From: Octopus sinensis
Lineage: Eukaryota
Reading direction: 5' to 3'
Assembly: GCF_006345805.1 (NCBI RefSeq)
Contig: NC_042999.1
Location: 90,582,001-90,646,000 of the forward strand
DNA: 64,000 nucleotides
Made by a program: the position numbers and the translations under genes. The notes beneath the pieces are model-generated. The model was not told where the DNA came from and ran no database searches. It was given only the letters and a program-made list of their open reading frames with translations. Of the stretch, positions 1 through 12,650 are shown piece after piece; position 1 is the first letter of the stretch, and each line of letters starts with the position of its first letter.

Positions 1-1088
1 ATGAAGCCAGTATGCTCCGATGGATGTGTAATGTCAGTGTTCATAATCGTCAGAGTGTAAGTACCTTGAGAGAAAAGTTGAACCTAAGAAGCGTCAGTTG
101 TGGTGTGCAAGAGAGACGGCTGCGCTGGTATGGTCATATGACGAGAATGGCTGAAGATAGTTGTGTGCAAAAGTGCTACACCCTAGCAGTTGAGGGAACC
201 TGTGGAAGAGGTAGACACAGGAAAACCTGGGACGAAGTGGTGAAGCACGACCTTCGAACTTTAGGTCTCACCAAGGAAATGACTAGAGACCGAGACCTAT
301 GGAAGTATGCTGTGCGTGAGAAGACCCGGCAAGACTAGTCAGGCCATAACCCGTGGCCCCTACCTGGGACGTAGTCAGTCTACCTGTGCATACTTTCCTT
401 CTTGTGACACTTGTGAAGACCTGTTGAGGCAAGTGAAAATCAAATCAAAAAATCAAAAAATCAAACAAAATCAAAATAGATGAACATCAATGGAATTTGT
501 ATCTTTGTGGTACCAGTACCGGTGGCACACGAGAAAACCATCCGAACGTGGCCGTAGCCAGTGCCGCACCGACGGGCCTCCATGCTGTGGGCACGTAACA
601 ATCACCATCCGATCGTGGCCGATCGCCAGCCTCATCTGGCTCCTGTGTCGGTGGCACATAAAAAAACACCATCCGAGCGTGGTCGTCTGCTAGCCTTGTC
701 TGTCACCTGTGTCGGTGGCACATAAAAACACCATCCGAGCGTGGCCGTTCGCCAGCCTCGTCTGGCACCTGTGTCGGTGGCACATAAAAACACCATCCGA
801 GCGTGGCCGTTCGCCAGCCTCGTCTGGCACCTGTGTCGGTGGCACATAAAAACACCATCCGAGCGTGGCCGTTCGCCAGCCTCGTCTGGCACCTGTGTCG
901 GTGGCACATAAAATCACCCACTACACTCTCGGAGTGGTTGGCGTTAGGAAGGGCATCCAGCTGTAGAAACACTGCCAGATCTGACTGGCCTGGTGCAGCC
1001 CTCGGGCTCCCCAGACCCCAGTTGAACCGTCCAACCCATGCTAGCATGGAAAGCGGACGTTAAATGATGATGGTGATGATGATGATGA
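1..1088 (+). mobile_element. 3' end of an RTE-clade LINE (ORF C-terminus, 3' UTR, (GAT)n tail)
   Basis: ORF 12..338 has the RTE C-terminal pattern RLRWYGHMTRM...GRGRHRKTWDEVVKHDL...DRDLWK. It is followed by a 3' UTR with GGTTGGCGTTAGGAAGGGCATCCAGC...GGACGTTAAA and a (GAT)n tail at 1064-1088. Confidence 0.9.
521..914 (+). repeat. 62-bp tandem array (about 6 copies) in the RTE 3' UTR
   Basis: CATAAAAACA recurs at 721, 783 and 845, with CATAAAA at 907 (period 62). More diverged copies lie at about 521-720. Confidence 0.95.
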
Positions 1089-1183
1089 TATATATATATA
1101 TATATATATATACATTATTTGCATGTAATCTATTTCTTTTACAATATGTACTTAGATACGCCCCTCTCTCACCTATTCTAAAC

Positions 1184-1223
1184 ATTATTATTATTATTAT
1201 TGTTATTATTGTAGTTATTATTA

Positions 1224-1281
<58 letters not shown>
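1184..1281. repeat. (TTA)n microsatellite
   Basis: Direct reading. Confidence 0.98.
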
Positions 1282-1353
1282 TCCTATTGCCAATCTGAAT
1301 GATACATTTTACTTTTTACTATTGATATATGAAAACACCTCTTAATCTTATTT

Positions 1354-1414
1354 CTGAACCCGGAACCATGTGGTTAGTAAGCAAGCTACTTACCACACAG
1401 CCACTCCTACGCCT
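1354..1414 (-). mobile_element. Head fragment of tRNA-derived SINE family 1 (CORE-like)
   Basis: Reverse complement AGGCGTAGGAGTGGCTGTGTGGTAAGTAGCTTGCTTACTAACCACATGGTTCCGGGTTCAG matches the heads at about 39220 and 56356. Confidence 0.85.
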
Positions 1415-1939
1415 ATATAGTGAATTATAAAATACTTAAATTCATTATAATTATAAAATACTTAAATTAATTTCCCGGTCATACGTCCGACCATCTGGAG
1501 CTAATATCAACAACAACATCAACCACACATAACTATCTACTATTGTGGGAGCTAAACAACAACAACAACGACTTGAAATGGAAAACAATAATAATGGCAT
1601 TAAATACCTTTACTTCTGTATTTTAATAACGCATTAGTTATCCAGGAATGTGGTGCCTTGCAGTGACTTTGTAATAAATGGCTATGGTGACTGGGAAAAT
1701 AATGTCAAGTTGAATAGCAAACGATTGTACATGTATTTATGCAGTAACAATAAAGTAAAAGCGAATTTTAAAGTAATCTAAGATTAACGTATTGACTGAG
1801 ATATTTGACTGACTGGAGAAAAAAAAATCATTTATAAACGTAACAAACATCTGTTGCTTTCCTCTTATAATTTCCTTTAACACAAATCTGATAGCACGAT
1901 TCTTATCAACAATCAATGTGAGCTACTCTGCAATTTACG

Positions 1940-2083
1940 TTATATATGTATATGTATGTGTATGCATATGTATGTATGTATGTATGTATATGTATGTATA
2001 TATGTATGTATGTAAGTATGTATGTATGTATGTATGTATGTATGTATGTATGTATGTATGTATGTATGTATGTATACATACAT
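1940..2083. repeat. (TATG)n microsatellite
   Basis: Direct reading. Confidence 0.97.
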
Positions 2084-2084
2084 A

Positions 2085-2740
2085 CAGGACTAAAAGATAT
2101 CAACCAAATACCTGATGCACAAAAGGGACAGAGATGCTGGAAAAGCAGCAAAATGTAACAATCGATGCAGACTTTGTGGAGTCAATACCAAAGATATCAC
2201 CCACATCATAAGCATTTGTTCGAAAATATCATCACGGTGTTAATCTTCTGATGAGACATGATGTGGTACCTAGGACACTGTATAATGAGATCCGTCGGAA
2301 GGATAACTCCGAGGACAAAGAAATAAGAACCCCTGATATGGTGGAAGCCATAGCCACTCAATAAAAAGGAGTGCTGGTGGAATATCCCAGTGAAAACCTC
2401 AATAAAATATAAACACAATAGACCTGATGTAATGATTTGGGATAGAGCAAAGAAACTGTGCAGTTTTAGAAATCAGCTGCCTAGCGGATGTTAACATAAA
2501 GCTAAAGATCAGCGGAAAAGAGAATACCTAAGCTGAACTATTGGGAAATCTGCAGTTACTCTATCCAGATTACAAGTTTCGGTTTATACCTGTCATTTTG
2601 GGGGCAGTAGGATATGTAACACACTGCCTAAATACGAACCTTGAGAAATTTGGCTTCTCGAAAGGAGAAAGCTTATTCTAAGACTACAAATTCAAGCCAT
2701 CATTGGAACTATAAAAATTTGTGAAAAATATCAGAAGCTT
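2085..2740 (+). mobile_element. Degenerate R4/Dong-like (RLE) LINE 3' fragment
   Basis: Interrupted frames give a CCHC knuckle CRLCGVNTKDITHIISIC...RHD and a restriction-like endonuclease HNRPDVMIWDR...EISC...FIPVILGAVG. Confidence 0.85.
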
Positions 2741-3379
2741 ATCATTTAAGTATTTATGAGCATGTCAAGATATGCAACTATATGCATGAAAATACATACA
2801 TAAAACAAAATATACGATTCTGCACGTATACATACATGGATAAATAGATAGATAGGTAGGTAGATAGCTAGATAGATACATACATGCATACAGACAGACA
2901 TTCGCACACGTGGTGTTTAAATTCAGTCGTTTTGGTGCAGAGGACTATTTTTGTGTGCTATTGAAACATACGTAGGTTTTACCTTTAATTTAAGCTCTAT
3001 AAGAATAGTACCTTCCCACCAAAAGCCCCGACCATCTCGAACAGTTGGTTACCTTCTTTGGATACATGCAGAGAAGCATCTTTTTACAAAAGATTGTAGC
3101 TTTAATTACACGGTAACATTAGACTGATGAATAACAGCACATTACTACAATGTGTAATATGGCATGACATGAAACCAGGATCAGCACTCGTCAGTTGTTG
3201 AACTATGGAGAGAAATACTTGTAGACTTTTGAGATGAATAAAGGTCTGTACTAATTCTATGAAAAGGTTTGGAGGGATTTCTTGATCGGCAACATGAACA
3301 GCATGAGGAGGTGCTGGGACATAAAAAAGCTAACTTTTTATATTTCAGTGTGAAGTTATTTTGCCAGCATGCTATGTTT

Positions 3380-4990
3380 GTTGAGAAGAAAGACAGCTCT
3401 AACTAGCAAAACCGACCATCAAAACACGCACAATTAACAGCGTTAGAAGTTTGACAGATTTTGTTCTCGAGATAAATACTAAGGATATGAACCACGATTA
3501 AAACCAAAGCAATAATCATAATGCAGATAGGGTTGCTGCCAATACAGGGAGATAAGAACAACTTACGAACATAAATCAATGACAGTTATAAGCAGCTTCA
3601 AACGGAGCCCCTAAATTAAAGAACTATTATGACACGAGTTGATAGACTTGCTGAAAGGATGTTATCTATAATCGATCAAGTTGCTAAATAACACCCAAAA
3701 CAAATTGAAGCTTCCCAGGCTTGGGGCATGTCTTAGTGTTACAATTACCATCCGTCAACAGATGAAATTAACCGACATCGATCGAAATGATAAGAAGCAA
3801 CCACAAAGAAATGGATTGGTTCTCTCGAAAAGAACATAGGTAAACTATGAGAAAGCATTGGGAGTTTGGATATTATCACTGGATGTAATGTGAATAATAA
3901 ACCCACGACCCAATATAGATATAGGTTCGTGGGTTTATTATTCACATTACATCCATTACAACTTTAAAAGAGATTGTCCAAAATTTACAGGAACTGTCAA
4001 AGAGAGACATTCGCAGGTAAACTAATTGTACTTAAATATGAACTACGAGCAGTACATAAAAAGTTTTGTTATCGTATGAAATTACAAGAATCTCAGACTA
4101 ACAGCTGTAAGTTTGCATTAAAATCACAAACTGTATATAATAGCATGAAAGACCATACCATCGACGTTGTAAATGCTACTTACAGTGATTTTGCGTGTAG
4201 TGATGATGGTGGGTTGATAATATGGACAATTGAGTTTCACAAGGAATATCTCTCCGAAAACATAACATCGCCAGTGAAACTCTCCTGTTATTGCAAAAGT
4301 ATCGAATGGAAAATTACCTGGGAGAAACTTGGTCAGAAATTGATACAGGAAGCCAACGTTTTCCTTGGAAGGAAGCCCAAGTTAATCTGTTAACAAAACA
4401 ATGGATATTGAGCTCTGACAGTTGCTCAGGCGACACTCGTGCATAAGAAACAAGGGGCATATGACAAAAAATTATAAAATGCTACATATAAATTGTTAAA
4501 TTGTACACAGGTTACTCGAGTATATTTCTCTATGATCTCTATGAAATAATGTAGTGACAGGTGAGCAGGCAGGAAGAAAGAAATCTATTGCTCTACTGAA
4601 GAAATTCTCATCAGCAAAGATGTCTTTAAGGAAGCAAAGCCGTATCACCGAAGTCTGCGTGCATGGCTAAATTATAAGAAAGCGTTTGACTGTCATTCAT
4701 TCATAGATGTTTGAGTCCACTATGTCATACATTCATAGATGCTTGATACCGTTAAAAGACAAACATCATTGTCCATACAGTTACCATAAAGAATTCAAGA
4801 AACTAATGCTGTCACAAACAGAATTAGGCTATCGACGAGGATATTCCAGGGTGATAGCTTGTTTGTGATACTGATCGTCTTAATAGTTTGTTCCTGTCAG
4901 CCCTGTTGAAGAAATGTCAAGTTGCATGCTAGGATCTGCAAAAAAAAAAAAAAGAAAAAAAGAAAGAAAATGAACGTTTCCATATCCCTT
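3380..4990 (+). mobile_element. Highly degenerate R4/Dong-like RT fragment
   Basis: RT motif remnants AWLNYKKAFD (4661-4690) and IFQGDSL (4841-4861). ORF 3974..4393 resembles the region upstream of RT. Many stops and frameshifts. Confidence 0.7.
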
Positions 4991-5218
4991 TTTAGATGCT
5001 CTTCAGCTGCATTCAAAGTAATATTCATGACATTGCGAGACAGTTGGCTACAACAGGGTTGGGTTATAGGAAAGATATTAGGTTAGGATAAATATTTATA
5101 TTTAGTAGTCAATAGCTGGAAGCCTATTGAACAGTGAAAATATGCAATAGCTTGCTTTGTCTCCCATGTTTCCAAAGGAGAATGCTAAAAATATTTTGGA
5201 GTAACAAAAGAATATTAT

Positions 5219-5345
5219 TTACATTATATACATTCGACGGATATTTGTCCTCATATTGTTTGTTGTTAACACAATGTGTCGGCTGATATACCCTCCAGCC
5301 TTCTTCAGGTGTTTTGGGGAAATTTTGAACGTAACTGATAATGTG
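5219..5345 (-). mobile_element. PLE terminal-repeat fragment (family A)
   Basis: Near-identical to 14045-14150 and carries a hammerhead-like motif. Confidence 0.75.
5268..5313 (-). ncRNA. Minimal type-I hammerhead motif, degenerate (GAAA to GACA)
   Basis: Minus strand AACAC-CUGAAGA-A-GGCUG(loop)CAGCC-GACACAUU-GUGUU, with 5-bp stems I and II. Confidence 0.7.
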
Positions 5346-6469
5346 GCAACACACTTTTAGTGCCTTATTTAGTGTAATGTTAATCAAAAAGTTGAAAATC
5401 GCTGTTAGAGATGTTATACTACTAAGTATAAGCAAACTTCAGATCGAGTCATAGGCCACACAATGCTAATAGTGTGGTGATTTGTTACCAATACAGCCCG
5501 ATCCAACCGCAATCTCACATATCTCTTTAACTCTCTACATCAATGTAAGCCCTTTTACATATCCCTGAACAGGATACAAGCACTCCAAATTCTCATTATC
5601 TTTTTCCAAGCGCAACCTGTACGAAACTATCTTTCTCTCTCCACCAAATGCGTCATACTTGAGGAAGATATGAGTGGAGAGGAAGGTGCCGATTACAACT
5701 AAATTTGCTGAAAGATGGGTAAGTGTAACAAATGTTGCTACAATATGCAATGTGTATTTTTGAAAGCGGTAGGAGGCGCTTTTGAAGGAGATTGTGCTGT
5801 TATTTTTAGCCAGTTGATGAATCATATAAATATTCCTTCCTTGGCGCAATTAGTTATGTTAATGAGTGTTTAAGTAAAGCATCAGGAAAAATGCAGTTAT
5901 CAGGTAATGAAAAATACAATTAAATTTATTTTTTGGAAATTCAACCTACAAGCAGAAGAGAAGAAATATTTTAAAATTCAAGATGTAATTCTATACTTTT
6001 GTTGATACCTAAATGCCAGAGATGGAGTTTTGTTTCTTAGAAACCAATTCCTTCTATATTGGAACAAATCAAAGAATTAAAAGAAGAGACTAAATACGGA
6101 TGGAGAGGTGAGTCTACTACTCTGAAAGTTTAAAGGAAGAACTCGTCTTCATGCAGTCGATCTAGAATAAATCAGCTTGTTCTAACAAAACTACCAGATC
6201 TTTGTACTAACATGTGGGGCCAAATCAACTGAAGACTGAAGCGTAGACATATTGCAGTGTCAGGAAACGAATCACAGATCTTTTGAGTGCAGTTCTATTA
6301 ACATATACACCTGGCATTCTTCGTTCTCAAAACATGCTAAAAATATTCTTTCAAAAGTAGCACCATATATTCTGCAGTCCAGATTCTCTTGACTTCTCCC
6401 TTCAAGAGTATCGAATGAAATAGAACCATAAAGATTAAGAAGTTCTCAGATGGAACAACAAACTATATA

Positions 6470-6501
<32 letters not shown>

Positions 6502-6910
6502 AGTGTGAGTATGTGTGTGTGAGTGTGTGTATGTGTGTGCGTGTTTGTGTGTGTATATATATATATATATACATATGTGAAACACTTAATTTTCTAAAGA
6601 AAATTATGCAGAGTCGAAGAAATCAATAGACGTAGCTTATATCCAGTGGAAGTAACAGCATGGAAAGTTCCTGAGTGGCATGTTGAAAATAAGGAATGGT
6701 ATTGAACGGGCATGGAGAGGGTAATATGTAATTGTTAAAATTGTCTTTTATTGATCCACGCACTTAAAAGATAAGTAATCGATATTATTCAGTAGTCCAT
6801 TATTGGGAAGAATTTTACGAAATATCCGCCTCCAACTCTTTTAGTATTATTATCATTGCTCTACCTATTAACATTTAACTACGGATATCGTTACCACCTC
6901 AAAAACAACA

Positions 6911-6974
<64 letters not shown>

Positions 6975-7186
6975 GGCTTCAAATTTTGGCACAAAGCCAC
7001 AAATTTTTCGAGACGGAGTAAGTCGATCACACCGACCTCAATGCTCAAATAATACTAATTTTATTAATCCAGAGAGGATGAAAGGCTAAGTCGATCTCGG
7101 CGGCATTTGAACTCAGAACGTAAAGACAGACGAAATGCTGCTAAGCATTTTGTGCGACGCGGTAATGACTCTGTCAGTTCAACGCC
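6975..7186 (-). mobile_element. tRNA-derived SINE family 2
   Basis: Reverse complement has a B box GAGTTCAAAT and CCTTTCATCCTCTCTGGAT...AAATTAGTA; matches 63900-64000. Confidence 0.85.
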
Positions 7187-7203
7187 TTGTTGCAGCCGCT
7201 GTT

Positions 7204-7237
<34 letters not shown>

Positions 7238-7294
7238 TAATAATAATAATAATAATAATAATGATAATAATAATAATAATAATAACAACAACAA

Positions 7295-8590
7295 TAATAG
7301 GAGAGTGGAGAGTATCAGCAGGAGGATTTGAGAATAACCGAGGAAATTCCTAACTGGAAAGCGCCTGGCCCAGATGGGGTTCAGGGCTTTTGGCTTAAAA
7401 ACTTGACAGCTCTGCACAGGAGAATTGCGAGATAGATGGACAATATACTGAGTAGCGACATCCAAGTATCGGCCAAAATGACAAAAGAAAGAACGGTACT
7501 ATACCAGAAAGACCCAAGTAAAGGGAATGCGGTTGGAAATTTCCGACCAATATCTTGTTTGCCACTGATGTGGAAACTGATGACGGACATCATATCAAAC
7601 AATATCTACTACCAGTGGAACAAAAAGAGTGTAGACGTAAGAACAGAGGAACGAAGGATCAACTACTAATCGGTAAGACTATCCTGGCTGACTGCAAGAA
7701 GACAAACAAAAAATTTGGTGATGGCATAAGTGGACTACAGGAAAGCATATGACATGGTCCCACACTCGTGGATTATTGAATGGCATGGGATTTGGGATCG
7801 AAAAGTGTGGTGTAATGATTCTCAAAAAAATCAGTAAAAGCCATGGGATCATGCTGGAAAATAATGAAATTATAAAGGAAGTCGGAGAGGAAGGATATAA
7901 GTACCAGGGTATCATTGAAAGAGATAAGATGAATGAACACAAGATGAAAGAAATGTACAGGAAAGAGTATTTGAAGAACAAAATTTGAAGAAAATTTGAC
8001 AGGACAAGAAAATACACAGTCAGTTCTTGAAAAATAAAGATGATATTGATTGGAATAGAACCTGGCAATGGCTGCAGAAAGGAGACTTAAAAGGGACCAC
8101 TAACGCATTAGTGTGCAGCGCTCAAGAACAAGCTCTCAGAACAAACTACTCCAAATATCACATTGATAAAAGCTCTAACTCGCCAGTGTTGGATGTGCTC
8201 TGAGAAGGGAGAAAGTATAAGCCATATTGTTTGTGAATGCTGTAAGCACATACACTCAAATATAAAAGGAGACACGATAATGTGGCCAGATATGTCTACT
8301 GGCTGGTGTGCGGTAAAGCAAACCTCGAGAGAGCCGAACAATGGTATAAACAGAAGCCAGAGGGAGTAATGGAAAACCATCATTACAAAATACTCTGGGA
8401 TTTTAACATGCAGTGCAACGAAGTCATAGAGGCGAGACGAGCAGATATCGTGCTCATCCATAAAGATAAAAAAAAAGTAAAGATAATAGATGTTGCAATA
8501 CCAGGTGATTCGAGGGTGAAATGTAAGGAAACAAAAGCGTGAGACATATCAGCCACTGCGGGACGAGAGAGGAAAGTTATGGGGTATAAG
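7295..8590 (+). mobile_element. R4/Dong-like LINE fragment with internal deletions
   Basis: [65 protein letters not shown]...RRADIV...IIDVAIPGD across shifted frames. Follows an (AAT)n tract at about 7205-7290. Confidence 0.9.
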
Positions 8591-8599
8591 GAAAGTAAT

Positions 8600-9264
8600 A
8601 TGATAGAGCAGCACAATATATTCACTGGGTAATTTGCAAAATCCTGGACCTACCCCATGATAAAAATTGATGGGAACACAAACCACCTCCAATGCTTGAA
8701 AATGATCACATCTCACTCTTCTGGAACTTCACCATTCAAACTGACAGAAAGATAGATGCGAATAGGTCAGACATTATATTGAAAGACTTCAAACAAAAAT
8801 CATGCCTCCTCATTGACATGACTGTCCCAATCGACATAAACGTATCTGTCAAGACCTATCAAAAACTGAGCAAGTATAAAGATCTTGAAATAGAAATTGG
8901 CAAAATGTGGAACCTCAAGACTAAAACAATACCTGCTGTCATAGGTGCCCTAGGAATGTTAGCAAAAGGGGCTGATTCCAACCTAGTTCAGATACCAGAA
9001 AACTCCAAAATGGCAAAAATTCAAAAGATAGTGCTCATGGGAACTGCCCATATTCTACGTAAAATACTGTCTATGTAATCTCAAATTTTAAAACAAACTC
9101 ATAATTTTCTTATATTTTCTTAAACATTCTCTAGAACAATACTATATGCAAAATCAAATATATGACACCCTAGGCATAACACCAACATGAACTTCTAACT
9201 TGTCTCATGAGGTCTCTGGGTGAGAGCCAACTTGTACAAGTACAAAGCAAAAATGAAATATAAC
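8600..9264 (+). mobile_element. R4/Dong-like LINE 3' end (RLE domain plus 3' UTR)
   Basis: ORF 8692..9078 SLFWNFTIQTDRKIDANRSDIIL...LLIDMTVP...KLSKYKDLEIEI...GTAHILRKILS, then a 3' UTR ending in (AAT)n. Confidence 0.92.
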
Positions 9265-9308
<44 letters not shown>

Positions 9309-9309
<1 letters not shown>

Positions 9310-10138
9310 GGACTAAACTAAATGCAAAAGAAATAGACAAAGAAAAATCCCAGCAATGGTTGAGAAGCTCAGGACTCAAAGCAGAGACAGATGGATTTTT
9401 AATTGCAGCACAAGACCAAAGCCTCCCCACCAGAAATTACCAAAAACATGTAATGAAAAGAAATATAACAAGTAACTGCAGAATATGTGGAGATGGACAA
9501 GAAACAATAAATCATATTATCTCTGGCTGCCCAGTCCTGGCTAAGAAGGAATATATTCACAGACATGACAGAGTTGGAACCTACATACACTGGAAGCTAT
9601 GCCAACATTAAGGAATAACAACAGAAAAAATATGGTATAGGCAGACACCAGAAAAGGTCACAGAAAACGAGAAAGCAACCATACTCTGGGATATGCCGAT
9701 ACACGGATAGAGAAATTAAGGCCAACAGACCAGATATATTTGTCAGAGATCACGAAGAAAAAAAATGCTTTCTAATTGATGTATCAATACCGACAGATGA
9801 CAACGTGTCTCTAAAAGAAATGGAGAAACTTTCAAAATATAAAGACCTGGAAATAGAGGTAACCAGAATGTGGAATCTAAAAACAGAAACAATTCCTATC
9901 ATAGTAGGTGCATCAGGCATGATAAAAAAATATTCAGACAAATACATAACAAAAACACCAGGACTTACAAACACATATAACATACAGAAAATTGCACTAC
10001 TAGGCACTGCACACATCCTACGCAGAACACTTTCCATACAATAACCATCAGAGTATCACAACAAATCACAGCACATACCTAAGGCACACAGAACTGCGCT
10101 CGGTAGTGAAGTGAAAGCACGCTATAAAAATAAAACTA

Positions 10139-10140
<2 letters not shown>
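9309..10140 (+). mobile_element. R4/Dong-like LINE 3' end (CCHC plus RLE plus 3' UTR)
   Basis: AAQDQSLPTRNY...CRICGDGQETINHIISGC...RHD, ANRPDI...LIDVSIP...KLSKYKDLEIEV...GTAHILRRTL. Flanked by (AAT)n on both sides. Confidence 0.93.
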
Positions 10141-10187
<47 letters not shown>

Positions 10188-10207
10188 GTAGTAGTAGTAG
10201 TAGTAGT

Positions 10208-10245
<38 letters not shown>

Positions 10246-10249
10246 ATAG

Positions 10250-12650
10250 CATGCCTCCTTTCCGATCCGTTAAAGACCTGATTATGGTTTTGTGGCTAGG
10301 TCGTGTACTCACCGTTGGGGTCTATCAGACGGATTTAGTTCTTTCATATTTGAGTGCACGGTCCTTATCTCTGACAACGCATTCTTCGTTTTTCGCTTCG
10401 AAGAAATGGTCGCGGGCCTGTTTCGCCGCTAATACGTCGATCGCGATGCCTTAAATAATCGCCTCTTCTAGCTTGCCAACTAGTTCTTCCTTCTTCCTCT
10501 AATGTATTTCTTTCTGGTGCTAATTCTTTGCCAATTGATTGTACTGTAATCACCCGCTTCAGAGGATTCCCCATTGGTTGTTGACAATTTCCTCACATCA
10601 TCTGCCGCTTAATTACTAATCTGGTCTCTGTAGTTTTGGCGTGCTGGTAAGGACACGTTCAACTTCCAGTAGCCGAGCCCCTGTCTACGTTTCCTATCTA
10701 AATCCACAGTGCAGGCCACAAATTTGTGGTTTGTGCAGCCGATAAATTTGAATTGTGGACAACCTACGCTATCCCTATTCACTAAACCAACTCTATCTAG
10801 ATACGATCTGGATGACCCATTGTGGTTGTTATATGTCCACACTGGCACATCAGTTGATATCTGTCGGGCGATAGGAAGTTTCTGAGCTGGTTTCTGAGGC
10901 TTTTTCACCCCTTTTGCTATGTACAGGCCTTCCATGCATTCAAAATGCTATACCAGTCCCCCACTAGTACTAAAGTGTGAGATGTTCTCAGGAATATTTC
11001 GAGACGCTGGAAGATATCTTGCTTTCCAGCCGCTGTTGAAGCGTAAACGGCCAACAATATAAAGGCACAATCTTTGCTGCCGCTTATGCCTAGGACCACC
11101 AATTAAGAAAATTGCCCTACTTTGAGACCTAAGGATTTTCGGAATAGTACTGCTACACTGCATTCCGCGCCCGACAGACCACAAAATGATAATACCTCGT
11201 AGTTTTCAAAAATAAATCCTTGACCATGCTTCCTAGAAAATCTCATCTCACTAATGGCCACATCTAAATCAAGTGATCTGAGATCGTTGAGCAAGTGACC
11301 CTGCTTCCAAACCAAACCCAAGATCCAAACATTTACACCTCTTACTCTAAGTGTAACATTTAAGGCTAGAGGGAAAAAAATGAAGTTACCTACCCTTGTC
11401 TTCGTGGATGACTGTTGAAAGGTTTCTCATATAAGCTTTTTTAGGGGTACTTACAAAACCCACCGCTATCCGGGAGGAATTTCCCTTTTAAGTCCAGATA
11501 CATATTCGTATCTATTAGTATTAGCATTTTGTCCAATGGTGATTTTGGGAGGTGTTCAACAAAACCTTCCCTATTTGTCAGAACGTTTTTGTTGTTAGTC
11601 ACTTCCTCAATAAATTCAATGTTGCTCTTCTGAAACAACAAAGATGTGATAAAGGAAGTAAGTACACGAGTAGTTTGTGACTGTTGGTCATATTGTCGTT
11701 CGGGTATTTCTTTTGGTTTTCGTGATTTTCGATGCGTTTGTGGTTAGTTTTCTTGATGTGATGAAGGTATTGATGTTTTTGCTGCTTGAACTTGTGACGG
11801 ATTTTCTCTATTACCGTCATATCTAATCGCCTTGAATCTCGGCAACCTTTATTTATTTCAGTGTAAGTCATCATCTTATCGTCGATAAAGGTCTGTTGGT
11901 GCGATTTCCACAGACCTTCATCTCTTTATGATAGCTTTACTTTTGTAAGGCCTGAGTCAGAGGTAAAAGATGGTGTGTTAGTTTTAGTGTTTTCATCTAA
12001 TACTTGAGGAGGAGATTTTTTTCTGTAGAGGTGATAATAACGGTGGATTTCTCCACCACAGCGCAAAAGGCTTCGACGTGTGTCGAATTCTCCCACACGA
12101 AACATTTGTTTTTTTTCTCTTTATAAATGCCAGTATCTGCCCGCATTCCCCGAAACCGAAAAAGTTGGGAAAGTGATTGATTTTTGCTAGAGAAACCAGT
12201 ATCTAAAATTCCATAAGAATTCCAGTCCTGTTGAGTTGTGGGATGTATTTCACATCCACAATCTCCCCATGCTCCTCCAGAATGGCTAAAACACTTGCTG
12301 TATGTCACTGAATCGGTACTTTCTTGACTCAAATTCGAACCATACTTTTACCCATATAATGGGAAGTCATTATGAAGGTCTGGGTTCTTAATCGCTGATG
12401 CATACAGAAGCTACTATACCTTATTTTTTTTTACTTTAGCACTGACGGCCACATCTTAGAGGCAAATTTCATTTCTGCCAGAGTAGTAAATTTAAGTTTC
12501 CTCTTCTTGTGAGAAAGCATTTATACATAATAGTATTTCGTTTAGAGTTAGTTTTTCCCTCCTCACTAAGCGACAATGTAATTTTTCTACTGGAGGGCCT
12601 CTCCTTTCAGATCTTTCACCGAAAGCACGGTTCACTGACTAACTATCTCC
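10250..12650 (-). mobile_element. Degenerate L1/Tx1-like element: ORF1 plus APE part of ORF2, 3'-truncated
   Basis: APE motifs LLNDLRSLDLDVA, LAVYA, LVLVGDW, SYLDRV, HKFV, YWKLN (10600-11360). Upstream ORF1-like YMGKSMVRI..KVP...LEEHGEIVDV and knuckle KCFV(W)ENSTHVEAFC, i.e. C-x2-C-x4-H-x4-C with one C changed to W (about 12065-12115). Confidence 0.75.

Noticed and set aside
521-914. CRISPR-like array
   Set aside because: Units are contiguous with no unique spacers, there are no cas genes, and the context is a eukaryotic LINE UTR.
1060-2158. ORF-track peptides such as poly-N/L and (YVCM)n, and similar ones at 27-29 kb, 36.5 kb, 42-44 kb and 58.5 kb
   Set aside because: They are translations of microsatellites that lack stop codons, not genes.
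3124-3185. CTGATGA...GAAAC hammerhead candidate
   Set aside because: No stem I complementarity and no clean stem II closure.
5535-5849. 104-aa minus-strand ORF as a host exon
   Set aside because: No recognisable domain and no partner exons.
6229-6295. CTGAAGA-CTGA...TCAG-GAAAC hammerhead candidate
   Set aside because: Stem II is plausible but stems I and III cannot be formed.
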